DNA of 64,000 nt, taken from NCBI GenBank assembly GCA_026004435.1, contig BPJD01000004.1:5940-69939 (forward strand), in the 5' to 3' direction. Of this stretch, positions 57,043 to 64,000 are shown piece by piece. Position 1 is the stretch's first letter. Each line of letters begins with the position of its first letter. This DNA is from Patescibacteria group bacterium (GTDB lineage Bacteria; Patescibacteriota; Microgenomatia; UBA1406; GWC2-37-13). The translations under genes and the position numbers were made by a program. The notes under the pieces are model-generated. The model saw nothing but the letters and a program-made list of their open reading frames with translations. It did no database searches and had not been told where the DNA came from.

Positions 57043-57888
57043 ATGAAGGTGTTAAAGTATCTGTTTATTCCACATCACAGCAATAATTACAGAGCAAAAA
57101 TTCTGCATATTGACTTTATGGCAGTTGTGCTTTTTGTACTTGTGATTATAAATGCAGTTATAATTAATCTGCAAAATAAAAATATTATCTATGCCCTAAA
57201 AAACGAAATTACAATAGAACAATTGCTTTATTACACAAATAAAGCCAGAGAAGAGAACAATCTGCCTGCTTTAAAACTTAGCGAAAAACTCTCTGAAGCC
57301 GCTGAGTTAAAAGCAGAGGATATGCTGACTAAAAACTACTGGTCTCATTTTGCTCCAGATGGAACTAGTCCTTGGAGCTTTATTTTAAAATCAGGTTATC
57401 AGTATGAATATGCCGGAGAAAACCTAGCCAGAAGTTTTTATTTTTCCAAAGATGTAGTCTCAGCTTGGCTTAACTCGCCAAGTCACAGAGAGAACCTATT
57501 AAAAAATGAGTATACTGAAGTAGGTTTTGCAGTCAAAGAAGGAGTGCTTTTGGGAGAACCAACAACTCTAGTTGTTCAGATATTGGCAAAACCATTATCT
57601 GCAGGCACCAATAAAGCAGTTGAGATAGATATTCCAGAGCCTGTAAACAACAAAAACAATTATCAGGTTTTGGCAACAGAAGATAAACCCTTAATTAATC
57701 TTAAGTTTTTAACTTATGAGGCAACTTTGTTTTACATCATTCTCTTATCAACTGTGTTAGTTATTGACTACATAGTTGCAGTAAGAGCAAAAATAATCCG
57801 CAACACAAGCCACAATATGATCTCATTTATTTTTTCTCTAACTATTTTAATCGGCATCATAATGGCAGTTAAAGGTAAAATATTATGA
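57043..57888 (+). CDS. CAP/SCP (YkwD-like) domain protein with N- and C-terminal TM segments
   Basis: Contains the blocks NKAREENNLPALKLSEKLSEAAELKAEDM, YAGENLAR, SPSHRENLL and EVGFAV. Confidence 0.7.
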   Translation: MKVLKYLFIPHHSNNYRAKILHIDFMAVVLFVLVIINAVIINLQNKNIIYALKNEITIEQLLYYTNKAREENNLPALKLSEKLSEAAELKAEDMLTKNYWSHFAPDGTSPWSFILKSGYQYEYAGENLARSFYFSKDVVSAWLNSPSHRENLLKNEYTEVGFAVKEGVLLGEPTTLVVQILAKPLSAGTNKAVEIDIPEPVNNKNNYQVLATEDKPLINLKFLTYEATLFYIILLSTVLVIDYIVAVRAKIIRNTSHNMISFIFSLTILIGIIMAVKGKIL

Positions 57889-58145
57889 GCCCTAGAAAGG
57901 AAATCATAGATCTTAAAACCATTTTTTTCTCTTCTTTATCCGCTGTTTTTTTAATAGCTGTTGCTTTTTTTCTGGAGAATAAAATCTTAATCTTTGGCTT
58001 ATTTTCAGCTTACATAATAATTTACATACTCTATGGCATTTATTATCATCTTGTTAACAAGGATTTATCTTTGAAAAAAGTAGCAGAATATGTTTTAATA
58101 GGGTTAATATTATTCTATATGATAAAATTATTATTAATTAATTAA
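57885..58145 (+). CDS. small membrane protein (86 aa)
   Basis: Three hydrophobic helices and an ATGA overlap with the upstream gene. Confidence 0.4.
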   Translation: MSPRKEIIDLKTIFFSSLSAVFLIAVAFFLENKILIFGLFSAYIIIYILYGIYYHLVNKDLSLKKVAEYVLIGLILFYMIKLLLIN

Positions 58146-58149
58146 ACCT

Positions 58150-58914
58150 ATGAAAGGTGTAATCTTAGCAGGAGGGTTAGGTACAAGGCTTTATCCTCTT
58201 ACATTTGCAACTAATAAGCATTTACTGCCTGTTTATAACAAACCAATGGTGTTTTATCCAATTCAAACTCTGGTGAAAGCAGGCGTCACAGAGATTATGG
58301 TTGTTGTATCTGGACCTCACTCAGGCGACTTTATCAATGTGTTAAAAAACGGCAAAGAGTTTGGAGTCAAGCATTTAGAATATGCTTTTCAGGAAAAGCC
58401 AAACGGCGGCATAGCAGATGCTTTGGCTTTAGCCGAAGACTTTGCAGACAACGGACCAATAACAGTTGTTCTAGGAGACAACACAACAGATGCAGACATC
58501 AGCTCAGCAGTAAAAGGGTTTAAAGACGGAGCTATGGTGTTTTTAAAGGAAGTGCCGGACCCAAAAAGATTTGGCGTTCCAAAGTTTGACCCTAAAGATC
58601 CTAAGAAAATAATTGAGGTCATTGAAAAACCTGAAAATCCACCATCAAAGTATGCTGTAACAGGACTCTATATTTATGACAAAAATGTATTTGACTACAT
58701 TAAGCAATGCAAACCTTCCTGGAGAGGCGAGCTTGAGATCACTGATGTTAATAACTTTTACATAAAAGAAGGCAAACTGCAATGGAGCGAACTAAATGGC
58801 TACTGGCTTGATGCAGGGACATTTGATACGCTCTTTTTTGCCAATCTTTACTGGGCTAAAAAAAATAATCCCAGCATTTTACAAGAGATTAAAAAGATTA
58901 TAGAATTAGATTAA
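58150..58914 (+). CDS. rfbA: sugar-1-phosphate nucleotidyltransferase (glucose-1-phosphate thymidylyltransferase-like, short form)
   Basis: The N-terminus is MKGVILAGGLGTRLYPLTFATNKHLLPVYNKPMVFYPI. Sugar specificity cannot be read from the sequence. Confidence 0.75.
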   Translation: MKGVILAGGLGTRLYPLTFATNKHLLPVYNKPMVFYPIQTLVKAGVTEIMVVVSGPHSGDFINVLKNGKEFGVKHLEYAFQEKPNGGIADALALAEDFADNGPITVVLGDNTTDADISSAVKGFKDGAMVFLKEVPDPKRFGVPKFDPKDPKKIIEVIEKPENPPSKYAVTGLYIYDKNVFDYIKQCKPSWRGELEITDVNNFYIKEGKLQWSELNGYWLDAGTFDTLFFANLYWAKKNNPSILQEIKKIIELD

Positions 58915-58916
58915 GT

Positions 58917-59168
58917 ATGAACACAGATACCCAAATTATTTTAATTAATCTGGCTCTGTCAGTCACAACAGTACTGATAATTATTATTGGCATCCAGCTA
59001 ATCTTAGTTTTAAGAGAACTCAGAAAGGTCTTAAGAAAAAGTTATGAAATAATTGATACTTTAGAAAGTGTAGGCATAAATGCAAAAGAAGGTTTTACAG
59101 AGATTACAGGATTTTTGTCTGGAATTAAAACAATTATTAAATTAGTTTCTAAGATCAAAAACAACTAA
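58917..59168 (+). CDS. small membrane protein (83 aa)
   Basis: One TM helix followed by an amphipathic helix. Confidence 0.4.
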   Translation: MNTDTQIILINLALSVTTVLIIIIGIQLILVLRELRKVLRKSYEIIDTLESVGINAKEGFTEITGFLSGIKTIIKLVSKIKNN

Positions 59169-59413
59169 TGTCAAAAAACAGTTCATTCTGGCAAGCTTTT
59201 TTTTTGGGAGCCGGATTAGGTTCTGCGGCCTTATATTTTTTAGGCACCAAAAAAGGCAGAAAACTCCTAACTGAGTTTTTGCAGACAATAGATGAGTATG
59301 ACTTAGAAGAAGAAATAAGAAAAACCCTAAACAATAATCAGGATAAAGCCTCATCTGTTAAGAACCTAATTCAACATTTAAGCCAAAAACTGCCTGCTGA
59401 AAATAAAAAATAA
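59168..59413 (+). CDS. YtxH-like small protein
   Basis: The N-terminus FWQAFFLGAGLGSAALYFLGTKKGRKLL is the YtxH-type pattern. Confidence 0.5.
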   Translation: MSKNSSFWQAFFLGAGLGSAALYFLGTKKGRKLLTEFLQTIDEYDLEEEIRKTLNNNQDKASSVKNLIQHLSQKLPAENKK

Positions 59414-59456
59414 GACTAAATAAAATATTTGGTAAAATTAAGTTAGTATAAATTAA

Positions 59457-59528
59457 GCTAGGGTAGCTCAGTGGCAGAGCAGTCGTTTCATAAGCGACGG
59501 GTCGTGGGTTCGAATCCCTCCCCTAGCA
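59457..59528 (+). tRNA. tRNA with anticodon CAT (elongator Met, or Ile2 if lysidinylated), no encoded CCA
   Basis: Acceptor GCTAGGG/CCCTAGC (G1:C72, so not an initiator), D arm GCTC/GAGC, anticodon stem GTCGT/GCGAC with loop TTCATAA, and T arm GTGGG-TTCGAAT-CCCTC with one T:T mismatch. Confidence 0.8.
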
Positions 59529-59533
59529 CTTTA

Positions 59534-60151
59534 ATGAAAAAAAACAAACCTGTTTCAGAAAAAGCCGAAGGCTACTGGGGAGCAGTTGTAATAATCTTGG
59601 TTCTGATCAGGTTTTATCTAAAACCAAGTTTGTTTTACTCAGAGTTTTATATTAAGCCTCTTTTGTTTTTACCTACAGCTTACTTTTTCTTTAATAATGT
59701 TTTTCATCACAACTTCTGGGAACTGCTTAAGATCAAAAACACAACCTTTTTTCAAAAGACTAAACTACTGGCTTTATACCTTATAATATTTTTAGGGTTT
59801 TACCTGCTTTTTTCAGACCATAAACAGACTTTGTCAACAATTAGTCTTAATTTAGCCACTTCATTAACTGAACAAATCTTTATGATCTCACTCATATTTT
59901 TGCCCAAGATAAAAACAACCCACAACCTAAGCCTAGCACTGGTTAAAACAGCTGTTTTATACCTGTTTTTGCGACTGCCATCGCTTTACCTTAATACAGA
60001 GTTTTTTGGAACTGTCTTTGTTTATACTTTAATTTCAAGTTTTTTCTTATTTTTATCAACTACTTTAGTATTTTACAAAACAAAAAACATTCATTATGCA
60101 ATAGCGCTGCATTTTGTTTATCTTAACTTAATTACTTTATTCTATCTTTAA
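59534..60151 (+). CDS. polytopic membrane protein (weak CPBP-protease-like features)
   Basis: About 6 TM helices. The start is trimmed to ATG 59534 because the track model overlaps the tRNA. Only a weak HFVYLN motif is present, and there is no clear EExxxR. Confidence 0.4.
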   Translation: MKKNKPVSEKAEGYWGAVVIILVLIRFYLKPSLFYSEFYIKPLLFLPTAYFFFNNVFHHNFWELLKIKNTTFFQKTKLLALYLIIFLGFYLLFSDHKQTLSTISLNLATSLTEQIFMISLIFLPKIKTTHNLSLALVKTAVLYLFLRLPSLYLNTEFFGTVFVYTLISSFFLFLSTTLVFYKTKNIHYAIALHFVYLNLITLFYL

Positions 60152-61034
60152 AAATCCTAAGAACTGTTTTGTCATTTAACTTAAATCTACCGAACTTAAA
60201 TCTTTCCTTTACAGGCTTATAAACTGTTGCTAAAGCCCAAAAAAACGCAACTAAGAACAAGGGATCTTTAATGCTGATAAGTATTAAATTTGCAGGCAAA
60301 AACAATAGATGTTTAAGCAATAGAGTAAAATCAGCGATATTTCTCCAACAAAAGTAAAACTGGTTTCTATAAGCTGTTGTTTTAATATAAATCTCTTTAA
60401 AGTACTTGGAGATTGTTGTTTGATGCTGATGCAAAACATAAAAATCATTAACAAAGTAAACCTTCCAACCCATCTTCCAAGCTCTATAAGACAGATCAAT
60501 ATCCTCCCAGTAAAAAGGTTTATAAAGACTTGAAAAACCACCTAGTCTTAAGAACTTTCTTGTTGCAGCCAGCATTACTCCTCCATCAGCCCAGGCATTA
60601 TAACCATTCTCAAATTTTTCAACCGCTGAATGATAGAACAGACCTCGTCTAAAATAAACAATGTTTCTGCCAACAAATCTATTGTCCTTTTCTTTTTGTT
60701 TAAACGAAAAAGCAAATGTATCTGGCTTAAACCTTTTTACAACCTGTAAAAATTTATTATTTAACAGCTTTACATCACTGTTTAAAATCAAAACATATTT
60801 TGTCCTGGTCAATTTTACGCCTTTATTTACATTTGCGCTAAAACCTAAATTGGATTTGTTTAACACATACAAAATATTTTTAGATTTCGGTAGTTTGTTT
60901 TTTAACTTAGATAAAGGATAATCATCCATTATAATAACAGGCAGATTTTTAAAAAAATTTAGGTTGTGATTAAAAAACTCTAAAAACTTCTCCTCATTTT
61001 TGTAAACAGGAATAACAACTGTAAGATCAATCAT
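60132..61034 (-). CDS. glycosyltransferase family 2
   Basis: LTVVIPVYKNEE N-terminus, GFSANVNKG and WEDIDLSYR (a DxD-like ED motif). Confidence 0.75.
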   Translation of the reverse strand: MIDLTVVIPVYKNEEKFLEFFNHNLNFFKNLPVIIMDDYPLSKLKNKLPKSKNILYVLNKSNLGFSANVNKGVKLTRTKYVLILNSDVKLLNNKFLQVVKRFKPDTFAFSFKQKEKDNRFVGRNIVYFRRGLFYHSAVEKFENGYNAWADGGVMLAATRKFLRLGGFSSLYKPFYWEDIDLSYRAWKMGWKVYFVNDFYVLHQHQTTISKYFKEIYIKTTAYRNQFYFCWRNIADFTLLLKHLLFLPANLILISIKDPLFLVAFFWALATVYKPVKERFKFGRFKLNDKTVLRIFKDRIK

Positions 61035-61036
61035 AC

Positions 61037-62122
61037 TTAAGTTAAAACAACTTGTATAACTCTTTTGGCAAAAACAGAGTAACTAAATCTTTTCATAACA
61101 GTTTCTCTTGCTGTCTTAGCAATATTTTCTCTTAACTTGGAATCAGACAAAACCATACCTAAACTCTGCTTTAACTCATTAATATTTTTTATAAGAAAAC
61201 CTGATCTATTATGCTTTATAATCTCGCGCGGGCCTCCAAAATCATAGGCAAACACAACTGCTTTGCTTGCCATTGCCTCAGCTATGCTGATGCCAAAATG
61301 CTCTGCCTTCTCAAAACTGGCTGAGTCTCTTAATCCCCAACCAGTGAAGTGCCAGTAAAACATAGCTTTTTTATAAAAACTTAACACTTCATCAGCCGAT
61401 AAATCCTTTAAAACCAAGATGTCTGATCTTGAAGCAGCTAAGGTTTTTACACGATTATAATAGTCTAAATCTTCATCTTTAACTCTGCCTATGAGCACTA
61501 ACTTAAAATTCTGCAAATGTTTAAGCTCTTTTTTAAGCTGAATAAATGTTTCTACAATTATATCCTGCCTTTTTGAGTGTAAACCCTTAAAATACCTGCC
61601 TACAGATAAAATAATTTTTTCCTTTTTTGACTCAAAGTCAAAGAATCTGCTGTCAATATAAGGATAAATAACAGAGATGTTTTTACCTGTCCAACTTCTG
61701 ATTAACTCAGCTGTATACTTTGAGTTAGCAAGAAACCGCCAGTTTAACAGCTTAAGTTTGGTCAGCCAATTAAACTTAAAAAGTTTTTTTTCAGGCACCA
61801 TATAAAAAACAAAGTTTTTCTTTGCTGTAGAAAAAAAATAACTGCCGTCGCTAATGTAAAAAAACAAATCATAATTTTTTAACTCAAAGGCTGTCTTAAT
61901 AAAATTTTTCTGATTAAAAATATTTTTTCTAAATCTTAATGTATTAAACTCTAATTTAAGCTCAGTTTTGATTTTCTCAGATAAGTCCTGATTCCAGAAA
62001 ATATCAACTGAATAACCATAATCTTCCAATACCTTAAGTATTGACAAAATATGCAGTTCTCCGCCTCCCATTACATCTAAGTACGGATTATACAAACCAA
62101 GCTGTTTAACTGTTTTTTTCAT
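61037..62122 (-). CDS. glycosyltransferase family 4 (GT-B, Glycos_transf_1)
   Basis: C-terminal FGISIAEAMASKAVVFAYDFGGPREII block and an N-terminal MGGGE motif. The start is set at ATG 62122. Confidence 0.75.
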   Translation of the reverse strand: MKKTVKQLGLYNPYLDVMGGGELHILSILKVLEDYGYSVDIFWNQDLSEKIKTELKLEFNTLRFRKNIFNQKNFIKTAFELKNYDLFFYISDGSYFFSTAKKNFVFYMVPEKKLFKFNWLTKLKLLNWRFLANSKYTAELIRSWTGKNISVIYPYIDSRFFDFESKKEKIILSVGRYFKGLHSKRQDIIVETFIQLKKELKHLQNFKLVLIGRVKDEDLDYYNRVKTLAASRSDILVLKDLSADEVLSFYKKAMFYWHFTGWGLRDSASFEKAEHFGISIAEAMASKAVVFAYDFGGPREIIKHNRSGFLIKNINELKQSLGMVLSDSKLRENIAKTARETVMKRFSYSVFAKRVIQVVLT

Positions 62123-62861
62123 ATTTCTGGTACAAATAAAGCCAAGTAATTGTTTTAGAGTAGGCTTGGTAAAAAGCCTCCAGTCCTCCCCAGACGCCAT
62201 CTTTATAACCTTTGTGTTTAATCAATCTGCGATACAGCTCTCCTAAAAACTTGCGTAAGAATATCAAAACAGATACAGATCTTTTATGCTTATAAAGCAA
62301 GTCAGCCTCAATATTCTCATACAAAGCAGTTTTCTCAACCATAGACTTAAAATCCTGATGAAAATAATGAATAATCGGCTGTTTTAAAAACCCAACCTTA
62401 CCTTTAATCTCAGGTGTTGCATGAATTCTTGCAGGCCAGTTGACAAAACTTTTTTTCTCAATCAACCTAAGCTGATAATCAGGCCACCAGCCTCCATAAC
62501 GCAGAAAATGTTTTTTTAAAAACAAATTCTTTCTAGGCACTCTATAATGAGTAAACTCTTCTTTTCCGACTCTGGTTTTTATCTCATCAGCCAGTTGTTT
62601 TGTAATCCGTTCATCTGCGTCTAAAATAAAAACCCAGTCTCCTCCTGCAGAGGCAATGCCATAGTTTCTAGCTGGTTCAACATAATAAGAAAACTTAAAA
62701 AACTTGACCTTTGCACCCAAATGTTTTGCCAGATCAACTGTTTTATCGCTACTGTGCATATCAATCACAACAATATCATCTGTTAAGATCTTAGCTGACT
62801 CAATTGCTTCTTTTATATTCTTTGCTTCATTGAATGTATGAATAACAACAGTAAAACTCAT
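62106..62861 (-). CDS. glycosyltransferase family 2
   Basis: Contains FTVVIHTFNEAKNI, VIDMHSSDKT and FILDADE. Confidence 0.75.
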   Translation of the reverse strand: MSFTVVIHTFNEAKNIKEAIESAKILTDDIVVIDMHSSDKTVDLAKHLGAKVKFFKFSYYVEPARNYGIASAGGDWVFILDADERITKQLADEIKTRVGKEEFTHYRVPRKNLFLKKHFLRYGGWWPDYQLRLIEKKSFVNWPARIHATPEIKGKVGFLKQPIIHYFHQDFKSMVEKTALYENIEADLLYKHKRSVSVLIFLRKFLGELYRRLIKHKGYKDGVWGGLEAFYQAYSKTITWLYLYQKYEKNS

Positions 62862-63661
62862 TTGTTAAGATAATAATTTTTAATTATGTGCAGTTTAGTT
62901 CTAAAAGGAGCATACTTTAAGGCAAAATTAAACCTGCTGTCTCTTTGAACTCTCTGATGAAAAACAGAACCAGGACCCTCTGTAGACTGCGCATTTTTAT
63001 GATACAAAAACACCTCCGGATTATAGATTAAATAAAATCCTGCTTTTTTTACTCTAATTGAATAATCGGCATCCTCATAATACAAAAAGTATTTCTCATC
63101 CCAAAATCCAACCTGAGTAAAAACATCTTTATCAAAAGCAAAACAACAACCTGTGATAAACTCGGTTTCTTCAACAACATTAAATTCATCAGACTCAACC
63201 TGATCTACTCCCCTGTGGTTAACATAAACATTTTTCCAGTCAAACCATCCTCCAGCATACCACAACACCCTGCCCAACTCAGTTTTTTTGTACTTTTTAT
63301 GATACTCATAACCTTTCTCATAAAAAATCTTAGCTCCAAAAACCTTAAACCACTTAAACGACTCTCTTGCTCTGGCAACAAAGTCTTTAGTTACTCTAAT
63401 ATCATTGTTTAATACCATAAACTGCTTTATGCCTTTGGCCAGAAAATACCTTAAACCATTATTAACACCAGCAGAGTAACCTCTATTCTCAAACTTTTTT
63501 ACTACTATTTGATCTGTCGCAGACAACTGCAAAGGCTGTTTATCAGAGTGATCAGAGACAAAAAGAAGAAAATTGCTGTCAGTCTGCTTTTTTAAACAAT
63601 CAATAAAGGCTGAAGTGTCTTTTTGATTATTATAATTAATAGTTATCAAACCTAATTTCAT
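62858..63661 (-). CDS. glycosyltransferase family 2 (rhamnosyltransferase-like)
   Basis: Contains GLITINYNN, GYSAGVNNG and LYYEDADYSIR. Confidence 0.75.
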   Translation of the reverse strand: MKLGLITINYNNQKDTSAFIDCLKKQTDSNFLLFVSDHSDKQPLQLSATDQIVVKKFENRGYSAGVNNGLRYFLAKGIKQFMVLNNDIRVTKDFVARARESFKWFKVFGAKIFYEKGYEYHKKYKKTELGRVLWYAGGWFDWKNVYVNHRGVDQVESDEFNVVEETEFITGCCFAFDKDVFTQVGFWDEKYFLYYEDADYSIRVKKAGFYLIYNPEVFLYHKNAQSTEGPGSVFHQRVQRDSRFNFALKYAPFRTKLHIIKNYYLNK

Positions 63662-63705
63662 AGACTATATTATCGCAAATTTTTTATAATTGTTTACAAA
63701 CAGAA

Positions 63706-64000
63706 ATGAAAAAAAACAAATTACTTATTGCCAGCTACAGCCTTTTTTTAATTTTTTTATCAGTTTACAGCTATGCCTTAGTTGATCTAAACTTTACTTT
63801 AGTTAACTCTGCTTACTGGCAAAACTTTAGAAACTGGATTATCCAGTTAGGCTATTACAACAGAGAAGCCTCAAGTTATATCTATATCTTGTTTATACTT
63901 GGCCTGTTTTTTTTCCATTATAAATTCTTAACTGAAAAACAGAGCTCAAGCATAAAAATTGCTGTGATAGTAACTATATCCTTGTTTTTTTCCTACAATT
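63706..64000 (+). CDS. membrane protein, 3' end outside the window
   Basis: ATG at 63706 with an open frame to the window end (MKKNKLLIASYSLFLIFLSVYSYALVDLNF...). It is hydrophobic and absent from the ORF track because no stop is reached. Confidence 0.45.
   Translation, partial: MKKNKLLIASYSLFLIFLSVYSYALVDLNFTLVNSAYWQNFRNWIIQLGYYNREASSYIYILFILGLFFFHYKFLTEKQSSSIKIAVIVTISLFFSYN

Overview
The window is a gene-dense, AT-rich bacterial chromosome segment. Short housekeeping proteins, a DUF4012 protein, lamin-tail and PT-linker surface proteins, and the lack of obvious Shine-Dalgarno motifs fit a reduced-genome Patescibacteria/CPR-type organism; that assignment is inference. The standard genetic code applies, because RF2 is present and TGA is used as a stop.

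Most of the window (about 6.8-64 kb) is core housekeeping:
- 2-hydroxyacid dehydrogenase, a PBP5-type carboxypeptidase and aspS
- the hrcA-grpE-dnaK-dnaJ operon, efp, and nusA-infB followed by a degenerate DHH protein
- rplY, secDF, cca and groES-groEL
- an archease-rtcB-DUF458 operon and a divergent nth/mutM pair
- a MacAB-like ABC efflux set, rpoD-dnaG and prfB
- ftsEX followed by a PcsB-like hydrolase, a lamin-tail-domain protein and a CAP protein
- an rmlA plus glycosyltransferase cluster
- three tRNAs without encoded CCA: Tyr-GTA, Cys-GCA and CAT.

The left 6.7 kb looks different. It is markedly lower in G+C by hand counts and ends at the 3' side of tRNA-Tyr. It carries a crtI-crtB-lycopene-cyclase operon, a class II photolyase, a decayed rve-type transposase bracketed by a 14-bp inverted repeat, two orphan ORFs, a 24-bp C-rich direct repeat pair and a frameshifted GIY-YIG gene.

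I found no CRISPR array, no rRNA and no recognisable defence or toxin-antitoxin system. The best novelty candidates are all unproven:
- the tRNA-flanked light-related island with its orphan cassette
- the tightly coupled archease-rtcB-DUF458 operon beside a protease-less Lon-type AAA+ protein
- an endonuclease III fused to a CoA-binding domain and lacking the Fe-S ligands
- a catalytically degenerate DHH protein in the nusA-infB operon
- promoter -10 boxes placed 6-10 nt from start codons, suggesting SD-independent, near-leaderless initiation.

All protein family calls come from motif recognition by eye. No database search was run.
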